This document shows positions 10,521 to 21,113 of a stretch of 64,000 nt of DNA, piece after piece. The notes beneath the pieces are model-generated. The model was not told the DNA's origin. It did not search any database and saw nothing but the letters and a program-made list of their open reading frames with translations. This DNA is from Desulfobulbus sp. (GTDB lineage: Bacteria > Desulfobacterota > Desulfobulbia > Desulfobulbales > Desulfobulbaceae): NCBI GenBank assembly GCA_050255935.1, contig JBFWIP010000002.1:4636-68635 (forward strand), given 5' to 3'. The stretch's first letter is position 1; each line of letters starts with the position of its first letter. Both the position numbers and the translations under genes were made by a program.

Positions 10521-11995
10521 GGACGTGCAGGTGCGGCCTCTGTGGATTTGGGATTGATGAGCTCCGTAGAGAGAGGAAGAGCCGTATTGTGCCAGCCGCC
10601 ACCCATGGCTTTGAAGAGCGCAATCATGGCCAGTGATAGGCGCTGATCACTTTGTGCACGTTTATCTTCAGTTATAGCCAGGGTTGTTTCCGCCAGCAGG
10701 ACATTGAGGAAATTATTGAGTCCGGCTTTGTATTGGAACCGGGAAAGATCGGTCGACTGGCGGGCGGAGTACACAGCCTCGCTCAGTTGCGCTCTGGCGC
10801 TCTGTTCCCGGTCAAAATCCACCAGCGCGTTCTCGACTTCCGCCAATGCATCCAGCACTGTTTTTTCGTAATTCAGACGCGCCCGATCTAAACGGGCTTC
10901 ACTGGCTGCCAGGGTGGCCCGTCTGCGGCCACCGTCAAAGAAAGACCACTGAACCGTTGGTCCCAGGGCCCAGTAGCGGCTCCCCGAGGTGATAAGCTGC
11001 TGCAAATCCGCACTCTGCACGCCAACCAGGGCTGAGAGGGAAAAGCGAGGGAAGAGATCAGCCGTGGCCACACCGACTTCCGCATTGGCTTGTGCCAGTT
11101 GCTGTTCGGCACTGCGGATATCCGGACGTTGGCGGAGCAACTCGGAAGGGAGGAGACCAGGGAGGCGTGGTGGCGGTTGCGGCGGTGGCGACGTCCCAAG
11201 CCAGGAACGCTCTTGGGGTGCTTTTGCCAAGAGTAGCGCCAGGTGCTGGCGGGCTTTTGCCGCCGAACTCTCCAATGGGGGAAGCTGGGCCCGAAGCAGG
11301 GCCAGTTGGGTTTGCGCCTGAGCCACCTCCAGAGCATTTCCCAGACCGGTGGCAAACCGTTCACGGGTAAGATGCAGGGTTTGCTCTTGCAGTTCAGTGT
11401 TTTGTTGAGCAAGGAGCAACCGTTTTTGCGCTGCCCGCAGGTCGATATAATTTTTGGCCACTTCAGCAGTCAGACTTATCAAAACATCGCGATAATCCTC
11501 CACCGTGGCCGCCAGGGCGGCTGTAGCGGCTTCGCTCCTGCGTCGATTGCCGCCAAAGAAATCAAGTTCCCAGCCGGCATCAAAATTGAGCACAAAAAGA
11601 TCCTGTCGGGTGCCCCCGGAGGGTACATGCTCGCTTTTGCGGGAATTGGTGTATGCAGAGCCCAGGTCCACGCTCGGTAAGAGGTCGGCATCGACAATAC
11701 GGCCCAAGGCCCTGGCCTCACGAATGCGGGTTTCGGCAATGGCCAAATCGGGATTGGCGGCAATGGCCTCTTTGATCAGGGCATCGAGCTGGGTATCCCC
11801 AAAAAGTTGCCACCACTGCTGCAGGTCTTTCGCCTCGCCATGGACCACTCGTTTCCCGCCGTTTTCCCAATTTGCGGGCAATTGGGGCTGCGGTGCTTGA
11901 TAGTCAGGCCCCACCGGTGAGCAGGCGGCAAGCAGGAATACCAGTCCCCATCCGAGAAAATGGTATGTGAAGGTTGGGAAACGGCAGGTGGGCAT
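10517..11995 (-). CDS. Outer-membrane efflux lipoprotein, NodT family
   Basis: Lipobox LLAAC-SPVGPDY, WELDFFG, RPDIRSAE, KAMGGGW. Start uncertain: ATG 11995 chosen, ORF is open to 12061. Confidence 0.9.
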   Translation of the reverse strand: MPTCRFPTFTYHFLGWGLVFLLAACSPVGPDYQAPQPQLPANWENGGKRVVHGEAKDLQQWWQLFGDTQLDALIKEAIAANPDLAIAETRIREARALGRIVDADLLPSVDLGSAYTNSRKSEHVPSGGTRQDLFVLNFDAGWELDFFGGNRRRSEAATAALAATVEDYRDVLISLTAEVAKNYIDLRAAQKRLLLAQQNTELQEQTLHLTRERFATGLGNALEVAQAQTQLALLRAQLPPLESSAAKARQHLALLLAKAPQERSWLGTSPPPQPPPRLPGLLPSELLRQRPDIRSAEQQLAQANAEVGVATADLFPRFSLSALVGVQSADLQQLITSGSRYWALGPTVQWSFFDGGRRRATLAASEARLDRARLNYEKTVLDALAEVENALVDFDREQSARAQLSEAVYSARQSTDLSRFQYKAGLNNFLNVLLAETTLAITEDKRAQSDQRLSLAMIALFKAMGGGWHNTALPLSTELINPKSTEAAPARP

Positions 11996-12116
11996 TGAGA
12001 GGAAATCCCGGAAACAGAGAAGATTGGCGGTGCTATTCGAGGAAATTGTCGAAGGTACCAAGATGTGGTCAACGTCTCGTCGGTCACCTGATACATCTAC
12101 CCCATCTAAGGCGCCT

Positions 12117-12145
12117 AGAATACATGAATATTAGGTAATGTTCAA
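12117..12145 (-). promoter_or_regulatory. Putative sigma70 promoter for the OMF-MFP-RND operon
   Basis: Minus strand TTGAAC-N17-TATTCT in the intergenic gap. Confidence 0.4.
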
Positions 12146-12187
12146 AGTAAATTGCTGGCAGGGTTTGGCCTCGGGTTTTGACCGGGT

Positions 12188-13723
12188 TCAGCTTCGGCGG
12201 CCATGGCGGATTCCGAGTTTGTCCATCCGTGCGCGCAAGGTATTGGGATGAATAGCCAAAATTTCCGCCGCTCCTCCCGGGCCGTTAATCTTGCCCTTGC
12301 AGTGATGGAGCACCCGGTTGATATGCCCGGCCACCACCTCGTCCAGTTGGGGCAAGGGGTAGGGGGAGGAGGGTTCTGTTCCCAAAACCGCCGCAGAACC
12401 TTGCTCAAAGGGCAGGGAATCAAAGTAGAGATTACCGTCCCGGTGGAGGATCAGTTCCCGTTCGACCAGGTTCTCCAGTTCGCGCACATTGCCGGGCCAG
12501 CTGTAGCGGCGCATCCGTTCCAGGGCTCCCGGGACGATGGTGGGCAGGTTTTTGATACCGATTTCGCGGGCCTTGCGGGTAATAAAATGCATGGTCAGAG
12601 CCGGGAGGTCCTCACGCCTTTGCCGCAGGGGCGGGATGATGATCGGAAAGACATTGAGCCGGAACCAGAGATCCTCGCGGAAGATGTTTTCCCGGACCAT
12701 GCTTTCGAGATTGCGGTGGGTGGCGGCAATAACCCGGATATCCACCGGAACCGGTTTATGCCCGCCGACCCGTTCGATCTCCCGGTTCTGCAGAACTCGC
12801 AACAGGCGGATTTGGGCTTGAGGCGGCAACTCGCCGATCTCATCCAGGAAAATAGTGCCGCCGTTGGCCCGTTCGAACCGGCCCCGTTTGTCGCTGATCG
12901 CTCCGGTAAAAGAACCTTTTTCGTGACCAAAGAGTTCACTGTCGACCAGATGTTCCGGGATGGCTCCACAGTTGACCTTAATCAGGGGGCCGTCTTTATA
13001 GGTGGAGGAGAAGTGGACGGCATTGGCGATCAACTCCTTGCCGGTGCCGGTTTCTCCAAGCAAAAGCACGGTGTTGTTGAGCGGTGCCACTTGTCGCACC
13101 ATCTGGACCACGTTGGCCAGGCCGCCGTCTTTGCCGATAATTTCATCGCCACTGCGCTGACTAAGTTCCCGGCTGAGAAATCGGTTATCCTCGACCAGCA
13201 GGGCACTGTACCGCTGGATTTTGTCGTGGGCGATCGCATTGGCCAGGGCAATGGTGAAGGGTTGGGAGATATCCGCAATCATTTCGACGTGGCGCGGGGT
13301 GAAACAACCTTCGTGGTTGCCGCGCAGGGTGAGTGCTCCCTGTAGTTCGTCGTCCATCCACAGGGGAAGGATGAGGTCGGATTTGTTTTTCAGTTTAAAA
13401 AGCGGGGAGAGTTTGCGGACCAACTCGTTGTGATCCGGGGAGATGATCAGCGGCTCGTGCATGGTGGCTGCCATTTCCTGGACATCTGCCCAAAGTTCGC
13501 GGGAGATGGGCAGGATTTCCTCGGGGTATTCGTCCTGGTTGTCTGTGGCCAGGGCAATGCGGCGTAGAGCACCGAGTTCCTGGTCCCGAATGGTCAGGCT
13601 GAGGCCGATAATCGGAAAATGCTGTTTGAAATAGTCGAAAACATCGGCAATGGCAGTGGTGATACGCAGGCTGCCACAAATCCGTAGAGTGGTTTCACGG
13701 AAAAAATCGTCTTGTCGGACCAT
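12188..13723 (-). CDS. Sigma54-dependent enhancer-binding protein (GAF-AAA+-HTH, FhlA-like)
   Basis: Walker A GETGTGKE, GSFTGA variant loop, Walker B FLDEIGE, WPGNVRELEN, C-terminal Fis-type HTH. Confidence 0.93.
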   Translation of the reverse strand: MVRQDDFFRETTLRICGSLRITTAIADVFDYFKQHFPIIGLSLTIRDQELGALRRIALATDNQDEYPEEILPISRELWADVQEMAATMHEPLIISPDHNELVRKLSPLFKLKNKSDLILPLWMDDELQGALTLRGNHEGCFTPRHVEMIADISQPFTIALANAIAHDKIQRYSALLVEDNRFLSRELSQRSGDEIIGKDGGLANVVQMVRQVAPLNNTVLLLGETGTGKELIANAVHFSSTYKDGPLIKVNCGAIPEHLVDSELFGHEKGSFTGAISDKRGRFERANGGTIFLDEIGELPPQAQIRLLRVLQNREIERVGGHKPVPVDIRVIAATHRNLESMVRENIFREDLWFRLNVFPIIIPPLRQRREDLPALTMHFITRKAREIGIKNLPTIVPGALERMRRYSWPGNVRELENLVERELILHRDGNLYFDSLPFEQGSAAVLGTEPSSPYPLPQLDEVVAGHINRVLHHCKGKINGPGGAAEILAIHPNTLRARMDKLGIRHGRRS

Positions 13724-13870
13724 TGGTGTCTATTATTTGGGTTTATTTGTACATTTACTAAATGTTGTAATTTGATGGTAGCTTACCATATTTGGGTGAA
13801 ATATTTTCATTATTTGGTAATTTAGTAATAGTTTATTCAATATATCATTGAAACTACATGGAAAAAATAA

Positions 13871-13886
13871 TGGTATGGTTCTCGCT
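13871..13886 (+). promoter_or_regulatory. Putative sigma54 (-24/-12) promoter for emrAB
   Basis: TGGTATGGTTCTCGCT has exact GG-N10-GC spacing. It lies in the AT-rich gap, divergent from the sigma54 activator. Confidence 0.6.
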
Positions 13887-14111
13887 TCAATATCATGTTG
13901 TACAAAGCGGCACGCCCTTACAATGGGGTTCAATGCCTACATATTAGCCAAGTAGCAACTGAGATCGCGTCGTAAAAATTTCGATCTATTGCGTTGCAGC
14001 GTTTTTGCCGACACTCGACATATCGTATGTATGTGCCTTTGCGCCTGGAAAAACGCTGCTCCTTGTATCTCTTTGTTTTAACTGAGCCATCTTGCAGAAT
14101 GTGATGGTTTT

Positions 14112-15263
14112 ATGACGAGTCCATCGAATTTTAAGGGATCTATGGAAGAACAGCAGCAGGTACCTCCCCGGCAGGCAACAGGACACACCAAGAAGAAAAT
14201 TGTCTTTTTGATCAGCATACTTTGCCTTACGGCGATTGGCGGCTATTTCTGGGTCCGGGGTAAAACCCACATTGCAACTGACAACGCATTTATCCAGTCG
14301 CCAATTCACTCGGTGGCTGCGAGAATCAGCGGTTCGGTCATTGAGGTGCTGGTGGCGGATAATCAGCTGGTTCACCAGGGCGACTTACTGGTGGTTCTTG
14401 ATGATCACGACGCCCGGGCCGAAGTGGACAGGGCCAAGGCGGAACTGGCGCTCGCCCGCAATGAGGTCGGCAGCGACCAGGCTCAGGTCGAGCGGAGTCG
14501 GGCCGAGTTGGCTCGAAGCCAGGCCCAAGTCCTGCAAGCAAACCAGGACCTGCAACGAGCAGAGCTCCTGTTTCGCCAGAAGGTGATTCCCAAGGAACAG
14601 CTCGATCGGGTACGGACTCAGCAACTGGTGGCCTCGGCCCAGGTGCGCGAGTCGAAAGAAAAACTGCAGCAGGACATTGCCACCGTCGGGGTTCCAGTGG
14701 GCGAGGCCCCCGGGGCGCTGGTGGCCAAACGCCAAGCGGAATTGTCCGCGGCCCAACTGAAACTCTCCTACACCAAGCTCTTTGCCCCAGTGGATGGGTA
14801 TGTTACCCGAAAGGCGGTGGAGACCGGTAATTGGATCCAGCCCGGTCAGGCGTTAATGGCGGTGGTGGCCACTGGGGAAACCTGGATCTCCGCCAACTAT
14901 AAAGAGAGTCAGCTCACCGATGTTAAACCAGGGCTGCAGGTGCGATTTTCCGTTGATACCTATCCTGGACAGGAATTTACGGGTCGGGTCGACAGCATCA
15001 TGGCCGGCACCGGGGCTGCCTTTTCCCTTCTGCCGCCCGAAAATGCCACAGGCAACTATGTCAAAGTGACTCAACGCATCCCCGTGAAAATTACCATTGA
15101 TCCCGTCGACCCGTACCAGCATCCATTGCGCGTGGGTATGAGTGTGGTCCCGACGATTCTGGTTCCGAAAACCATGTCCGAGTTACTCGGATTCACCCCC
15201 GGACCGCTCAGCCTGACCGCTCAACTGATACAGGGAGAAGATGTCCTCAACGCCCGTCAATAA
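14112..15263 (+). CDS. emrA: EmrA/HlyD-family adaptor
   Basis: TDNAFI, APVDGYV, ANYKESQL, FSLLPPENATGNYVKVTQRIPVKI. Confidence 0.92.
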   Translation: MTSPSNFKGSMEEQQQVPPRQATGHTKKKIVFLISILCLTAIGGYFWVRGKTHIATDNAFIQSPIHSVAARISGSVIEVLVADNQLVHQGDLLVVLDDHDARAEVDRAKAELALARNEVGSDQAQVERSRAELARSQAQVLQANQDLQRAELLFRQKVIPKEQLDRVRTQQLVASAQVRESKEKLQQDIATVGVPVGEAPGALVAKRQAELSAAQLKLSYTKLFAPVDGYVTRKAVETGNWIQPGQALMAVVATGETWISANYKESQLTDVKPGLQVRFSVDTYPGQEFTGRVDSIMAGTGAAFSLLPPENATGNYVKVTQRIPVKITIDPVDPYQHPLRVGMSVVPTILVPKTMSELLGFTPGPLSLTAQLIQGEDVLNARQ

Positions 15264-16788
15264 ATGGCTGGTGGCGGCAACTGTCATGTTGCCGGCCCTG
15301 CTGGAGGTGATCGACACCTCGGTGGCCAATGTGGCCTTGCCCAATATGCAGGGCAGCCTCAACGCCGGTACAGACGAGGTGAGCTGGGTTTTGACCTCGT
15401 ACCTGGTTGCCAATGCAGTGGTCCTGCCCATGACCGGTTGGTTGGCACGCTGTTTCGGTCGCAAGCGATTCCTCATGGGATGTGTGGTCGTTTTTACCCT
15501 GGCCTCGCTGATGTGCGGAGCGGCAGTCAACCTGGAGATGTTGATTGTCTGCCGTATTATCCAAGGGGCGGCGGGTGGAGCGCTCATCCCCATGAGCCAG
15601 GCCATTTTATTGGAGAGTTTCCCCAGGTATCAGCAGGGATTGGCCAACGCGATCTTTGGTGTGGGGGTGATGTTCGGTCCGGTTATCGGGCCGATTTTAG
15701 GTGGTTGGCTCACGGATAATTTCAGCTGGCGTTGGATTTTCTATATTAATTTTCCGCTCGGGATTGTGGCCCTGCTGATGGTTGGCTCCTTTGTCACCGA
15801 TCCTTCGTACCTCAAACGGAGCAAGGACTCGGTCGATTACTGGGGCCTATTGCTGTTGACTCTGGGCATTGGCGCCTTGCAGGTTGTGCTGGATAAGGGG
15901 CAGCAGGACGACTGGTTCAATTCACCGTTCATCGTGTTGTGTTCCATTGTCTCGGTTGTCTCTCTGACGCTGCTGGTGATTGTGGAACTGCGCCAACGAC
16001 AGCCCGTGGTTAACCTGCGGCTGTTTCGGGACATCTCCTTTTCCGCCGGTAACCTGGTGATGTTCATGGTTGGGTTCGGCCTTTATGGGGCGATTAGTAT
16101 CATCCCCATGCACCTGCAGAGCATGATGGGCTACACCGCAACCCAGTCAGGCATGGTGTTGGCCCCCGGAGGTTTGGCCACCCTTATTGCCATGCCTATT
16201 GCCGCCGTCCTGATGCAAAAGATCGATGGTCGCAAAGTGGTCTTTATCGGCCTTTGTTGCGGGGCTTATTCCATGTTTCTCCTTCATGCCTACACGCTGG
16301 AGGCGGCATTCAGCAATTTTATCTGGCCCAGGATTGCCAACGGTATCGGGTTGGCCTGTATCTTTGTTCCCCTGGCCACTATTACTTTGGGCAATATCGC
16401 CAAAGAAAAAATGGGTGATGCCTCCGGAATGTTCAATCTGCTGCGTAATATCGGTGGCAGTGTCGGTATTGCCGCGGCGACCACCTTGCTTGCCCGGTAC
16501 TCCCAGACCAATCAAAACATCCTCATTGCCCATGCCACCCCCTATGATAGCGCCTATCAGGCAAAAATTTCGACCCTGCTGCACGGCCTGCTTAACAGGG
16601 GATATGATCTAGTCAGCGCCCAGAAACTCTCCTTCTTGGACGTCTACACCACCGTCCGGGAGCAGGCGGGGATTCTGGCCTATAACCAAACGTACTGGGT
16701 ATTGGGACTTGCCTTTCTGGCAGTTGCCCCAATGTTGTTGCTGCTCAGAAAACCTAAAGAAGGACAGGGGCCAGTGGCGGCGCATTGA
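15241..16788 (+). CDS. emrB: DHA2 MFS efflux permease
   Basis: IDTSVANVALP, WVLTSYLVAN, WRWIFYIN, LDKGQQDDWF, FNLLRNIGGSVG; 14-TM pattern. Confidence 0.93.
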   Translation: MSSTPVNKWLVAATVMLPALLEVIDTSVANVALPNMQGSLNAGTDEVSWVLTSYLVANAVVLPMTGWLARCFGRKRFLMGCVVVFTLASLMCGAAVNLEMLIVCRIIQGAAGGALIPMSQAILLESFPRYQQGLANAIFGVGVMFGPVIGPILGGWLTDNFSWRWIFYINFPLGIVALLMVGSFVTDPSYLKRSKDSVDYWGLLLLTLGIGALQVVLDKGQQDDWFNSPFIVLCSIVSVVSLTLLVIVELRQRQPVVNLRLFRDISFSAGNLVMFMVGFGLYGAISIIPMHLQSMMGYTATQSGMVLAPGGLATLIAMPIAAVLMQKIDGRKVVFIGLCCGAYSMFLLHAYTLEAAFSNFIWPRIANGIGLACIFVPLATITLGNIAKEKMGDASGMFNLLRNIGGSVGIAAATTLLARYSQTNQNILIAHATPYDSAYQAKISTLLHGLLNRGYDLVSAQKLSFLDVYTTVREQAGILAYNQTYWVLGLAFLAVAPMLLLLRKPKEGQGPVAAH

Positions 16789-16789
16789 T

Positions 16790-17197
16790 ATGCAAGAGGG
16801 AATGAAGAAACGCGCATCACCGGTTTATTGTACAGCGAATGCACCTTCATCCCCCAAGTATTCATTGCATAATCGTCGGTTTGTCATGGATAAAAACGGG
16901 AGCGGGCAACCGGTTCTGCAAACGGTTTTTACATTCGTTCAGGAAGACCGCCTGCTGCGAGGGGAATTTCAAGGGGACACGGTGATCTTTGGGCAGATAT
17001 TGGGACACTTTGTTGCTGAAAACCAGATAGAATTACATCTGCAGTGGATTTGCCGGGCCCAAAAAATTCATTGGGGCACCTTGTCTGGTTTGGTGAGTGG
17101 GAACAATCGTTGTGGGTTGACCTTATTTGTTAATTGGGAGCGCGGCAACGAGGCCAAAGAACGAGGGTGGGCAAGTTTTCGGGAGCTTTTGCCCTAA
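16790..17197 (+). CDS. Small beta-rich hypothetical protein
   Basis: Fills the gap between emrB and yhiI, starting 1 nt after the emrB stop. Alternating beta-strand pattern (TVFTFVQE...GEFQG...GQILG...NWE). Start uncertain. Confidence 0.6.
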   Translation: MQEGMKKRASPVYCTANAPSSPKYSLHNRRFVMDKNGSGQPVLQTVFTFVQEDRLLRGEFQGDTVIFGQILGHFVAENQIELHLQWICRAQKIHWGTLSGLVSGNNRCGLTLFVNWERGNEAKERGWASFRELLP

Positions 17198-17252
17198 TTA
17201 CCCCCTTGAAAAAAAATGGTTTAATCTGGTCTTGGGTTGAGGGAGCGGTTGC

Positions 17253-18338
17253 ATGAAAGGGCGAAATTGGTTGTGGGGCATGGTCTTGGTTGCGCTTGTA
17301 GTGGTGGCTGCGCTTATCTGGCGCCAGATGCATCCACAAGCGCTGCCGGAGGGATTTGCCTCCGGCAATGGCCGGGTCGAGGCGGTGGAGATCGACATCG
17401 CCGCAAAAACCGCCGGTCGGATCAAGGAAATTCTAGTGGATGAGGGCGATTTCGTGAACAAGGATCAGGTCCTTGCCCGGATGGATACCCAGCAGTTGGA
17501 AGCGCAGCGCCGGGAGGCAGTGGCCCAGCTGCAACAGGCCGGGTTCGGAGTGGAAACGGCCCGGAGCCAGGTCGAGCAGCGCAAAGCTGAGAAAAATGCC
17601 GCCCAGGCGGTGCTGGCGCAGCGGAAGGCCGAGTTGGAGGCCTCCAAAAAACGGCTGGAACGGTTTGAGGTCCTTTCCCGCAAAGGAGCGACCTCGATCC
17701 AGGACCTGGACGACACCCGTGCCCAGTTTCTCGGCTTCCTGGCTGCGGTCAATGCGGCTGAGGCCCAGATTGCCGCAGCTGAGGCCGCCATTACCACGGC
17801 TAAGTCCCAGTTACTTGGTACCCAGTCTGCTGTCAATGCGGTTCAGGCCACCATTGAACGGTTGCAGGCGGATATTGAAGACGGCGTTCTCAAGGCGCCT
17901 GTGGCTGGGCGAATCCAGTATAGGGTGGCGCAGCCCGGCGAGGTCCTGAGCAGTGGCGGCAAGGTGCTCAACTTGCTCAACCTGGCCGATGTCTACATGA
18001 GCTTTTTTCTCCCCACCGAAAATTCGGGTAAACTTGGATTGGGGAGCGAGGTTCGTTTGCGGCTTGATGCAGCGCCCCAATTTGTGATTCCGGCCCGAAT
18101 TTCTTATGTGGCCGCTGTGGCTCAGTTTACCCCGAAAACCGTGGAAACGGCCAACGAACGGCAGAAACTGATGTTCCGCATCAAGGCCCGGATCGAACCC
18201 GAACTGTTGCAGCGTCACATGACCCAGGTCAAGACCGGCCTGCCCGGAATGGCCTTTGTGCGTTTGGATTCGGCGCGGAACTGGCCGGATCGGCTCACGG
18301 TCAACCTGCCGCCGATACCGCAGCAGGAAAAACCGTGA
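17253..18338 (+). CDS. yhiI: HlyD-family adaptor of ABC exporter
   Basis: [29 protein letters not shown]...[15 protein letters not shown]. Confidence 0.88.
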   Translation: MKGRNWLWGMVLVALVVVAALIWRQMHPQALPEGFASGNGRVEAVEIDIAAKTAGRIKEILVDEGDFVNKDQVLARMDTQQLEAQRREAVAQLQQAGFGVETARSQVEQRKAEKNAAQAVLAQRKAELEASKKRLERFEVLSRKGATSIQDLDDTRAQFLGFLAAVNAAEAQIAAAEAAITTAKSQLLGTQSAVNAVQATIERLQADIEDGVLKAPVAGRIQYRVAQPGEVLSSGGKVLNLLNLADVYMSFFLPTENSGKLGLGSEVRLRLDAAPQFVIPARISYVAAVAQFTPKTVETANERQKLMFRIKARIEPELLQRHMTQVKTGLPGMAFVRLDSARNWPDRLTVNLPPIPQQEKP

Positions 18339-21112
18339 GCGCCAATTTTTCCAATCCAGTTGCCCGGTTGACCGAGGTCAGTCTGCGCTACGGCAACACT
18401 TTGGCTTTAGACCAGGTTACCCTGGATCTGCCTTCCGGGTGCATGGCCGGGCTGATCGGGCCGGATGGAGTCGGTAAGTCGACCCTTTTTGCTCTGGTGG
18501 CGGGTGCCCACTCCATCCAGCAGGGTGGGGTGCTGGTTCTGGGGGGCAATATGGGCGATCGTCGTCATCGTGAGCAGGTCTGTCCGAGGATTGCCTATAT
18601 GCCGCAGGGGCTTGGGAAAAACCTCTATTCCACCCTTTCGGTCCGGGAAAATGTTGATTTTTTTGGGCGGCTTTTTGGCCAAGGGCCATTGGAGCGGCAA
18701 CAAAGGATCGACCACCTGCTGCAACGGACCGGTCTGGCACCCTTCGGCAATCGGCCTGCGGGCAAGCTCTCCGGGGGCATGAAACAGAAACTCGGGCTTT
18801 GCTGTGCCTTGATTCATGATCCGGACCTGTTGATCCTTGATGAACCGACCACCGGGGTTGATCCACTCTCACGAGTCCAATTTTGGGATCTGATCGACTC
18901 CATCCGTAAGGGCCGACCCGGTATGAGCGTGCTCGTGGCCACCGCCTATATGGAAGAGGCGGCACGATTCGACTGGCTGGCGGTGATGGAGGCTGGAAAG
19001 GTCCTGGCCACCGGTGCTCCGAAGGATTTGCTTGGGCGGACTAACACCACCACTCTGGAGCAGGCATTTATCGCGCTGCTGCCGGAGGAGCGTCGTCGTG
19101 AGCATCAGCCGGTGGTGATTCCACCGCGTCGTGACGGCACGTCCACGGCAACAGCCATTGAGGCCGATCATCTGACCATGCGTTTTGGCAGTTTTACCGC
19201 TGTTGACCACGTCAGTTTTCGCATCAAGAGCGGGGAAATTTTCGGGTTTCTGGGGTCCAATGGTTGCGGCAAAACCACCACCATGAAGATGCTCACCGGC
19301 CTCTTGCCGGCCACCGAAGGCACGGCGCAACTGTTCGGTCGTCAGGTCAACCCCAAGGATATCGAAACCCGGCGTCGGGTCGGCTATATGACCCAATCCT
19401 TTTCCCTTTACTCCGAATTGAACGTACGCCAGAATCTTGCACTGCACGCCCGTCTGTTCGGTGTTTCCACCCAGGAGATTGAGGGCCGGGTCCAGGAAAT
19501 GGTTAGGCGGTTTGCCCTGGATGGTGTTTTGGAGAGTATGCCGGGCAATCTGCCGCTCGGACAACGGCAACGGCTGTCTCTGGCCGTGGCCATGATCCAT
19601 AAGCCGGAAATGCTGATCCTCGATGAACCGACGTCCGGAGTGGATCCCATCGCCCGGGACCGGTTCTGGCAGAGCATCGTCGATCTGGCCCGTAATGACG
19701 GGGTGACGGTATTCATCTCCACCCATTTCATGAACGAGGCGGAACGCTGTGATCGCATTTCGTTGATGCACGCCGGGCAGGTGCTGGTGAGTGACAGTCC
19801 GGAAGCAATCAAAAAACAGAAGGGAGCGGAAACGCTTGAACAGGCGTTTATACGTTTCCTTGAAGAGGCCGGTGCACAGGATGAACAACAGTCTGTGCCG
19901 ATGATTGGCGAGCAGGCTGGCCCTCCTTCTGCCGTTAATCCTGCTGGAGTTCATTCCTGTGCACCGCATTATCCGGGACCGGCCTGGTTCAGTTTCAGGA
20001 GGGCGTTGAGTTATTCACTGCGTGAAACCATGGAGCTCCGGAGGGATCCTATTCGCGCCACCCTGGCCCTTCTGGGCAGCGTCATTTTGATGGTGATTAT
20101 GGGCTACGGCATCAGCTTCGACGTTGAAGATCTGCCCTTTGCCGTACTGGACCGGGATCAGTCGGTCATCAGTCGCGATTACTTCCTGAATATTTCGGGT
20201 TCACGATATTTTATCGAGCGGCCGGTTATTGCCGACTATGCTGAACTTGATCGGCGGATGCGTTCGGGAGAACTCAGTCTGGCCCTGGAAATTCCTCCTA
20301 ATTTCGGACGCGATCTGGAACATGGCCGGAATGTAACCGTTGCCGCGTGGATTGATGGTGCCATGCCGCAGCGTGCCGAAACCATACGCGGTTATATGAA
20401 GGGTATGCACAGCCTTTGGCTTGCCAATCTGGCCGCCCGTCAGTCTTCGCCCCGCACCACGGGTAACCTGGTGAATATTGAAACCCGCTATCGTTACAAT
20501 CCGGATGTCAAAAGTCTTGTCGCCATGGTGCCGGCGGTGATTCCCCTGCTGTTGATCATGATCCCGGCCATGCTGACCGCGCTCAGCGTCGTCCGTGAAA
20601 AAGAACTGGGATCCATCGTCAATCTGTATGTCACTCCAATTACGAGACTGGAATTTTTGTTGGGAAAACAGTTGCCCTATATCGCTCTGGCAATGGCGAA
20701 TTTTTTTTTGCTGGTCCTGATGGCGCTTTTCTTGTTTCAGGTACCGGTCAAGGGGGCGTTCGGAGCGCTCGTGGTTGGCGCTTTGCTCTATGTTATCTGT
20801 GCCACCGCATTTGGCCTGTTGATTTCCTCGTTTATGCGCAGTCAGGTGGCTGCGATATTCGGCGCGGCGGTGTTGACCATCCTGCCGTCGGTCAATTTTT
20901 CCGGCATGACCAATCCGGTGTCTTCTCAGGAAGGGTTAGGGCGTATTATCGGCGAATTCTATCCGGCTGCGCATTTTTTGATTATCAGCCGGGGTATCTT
21001 TGCCAAGGCGTTGGGATTTGGTGATCTGCAGAACAGCTATCTCGCCCTGACCATCACCATTCCCATTTTGCTGACAGCTTGTGTCTTTTTATTGAAAAAA
21101 CAAGAGACCTGA
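18335..21112 (+). CDS. rbbA: Ribosome-associated ATPase / dual-ABC plus ABC-2 permease fusion
   Basis: Two NBDs ([16 protein letters not shown]; GSNGCGKTT) plus a C-terminal ABC-2 membrane domain (VREKELGS). Confidence 0.92.
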   Translation: MSANFSNPVARLTEVSLRYGNTLALDQVTLDLPSGCMAGLIGPDGVGKSTLFALVAGAHSIQQGGVLVLGGNMGDRRHREQVCPRIAYMPQGLGKNLYSTLSVRENVDFFGRLFGQGPLERQQRIDHLLQRTGLAPFGNRPAGKLSGGMKQKLGLCCALIHDPDLLILDEPTTGVDPLSRVQFWDLIDSIRKGRPGMSVLVATAYMEEAARFDWLAVMEAGKVLATGAPKDLLGRTNTTTLEQAFIALLPEERRREHQPVVIPPRRDGTSTATAIEADHLTMRFGSFTAVDHVSFRIKSGEIFGFLGSNGCGKTTTMKMLTGLLPATEGTAQLFGRQVNPKDIETRRRVGYMTQSFSLYSELNVRQNLALHARLFGVSTQEIEGRVQEMVRRFALDGVLESMPGNLPLGQRQRLSLAVAMIHKPEMLILDEPTSGVDPIARDRFWQSIVDLARNDGVTVFISTHFMNEAERCDRISLMHAGQVLVSDSPEAIKKQKGAETLEQAFIRFLEEAGAQDEQQSVPMIGEQAGPPSAVNPAGVHSCAPHYPGPAWFSFRRALSYSLRETMELRRDPIRATLALLGSVILMVIMGYGISFDVEDLPFAVLDRDQSVISRDYFLNISGSRYFIERPVIADYAELDRRMRSGELSLALEIPPNFGRDLEHGRNVTVAAWIDGAMPQRAETIRGYMKGMHSLWLANLAARQSSPRTTGNLVNIETRYRYNPDVKSLVAMVPAVIPLLLIMIPAMLTALSVVREKELGSIVNLYVTPITRLEFLLGKQLPYIALAMANFFLLVLMALFLFQVPVKGAFGALVVGALLYVICATAFGLLISSFMRSQVAAIFGAAVLTILPSVNFSGMTNPVSSQEGLGRIIGEFYPAAHFLIISRGIFAKALGFGDLQNSYLALTITIPILLTACVFLLKKQET

Positions 21113-21113
21113 C

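Noticed and set aside
13900-13965. c-di-GMP-I riboswitch-like look of the emrA leader, and of 48870-48950
   Set aside because: The GGCAAA/GNRA/GACGCAAA core elements are missing; only generic hairpins are present.
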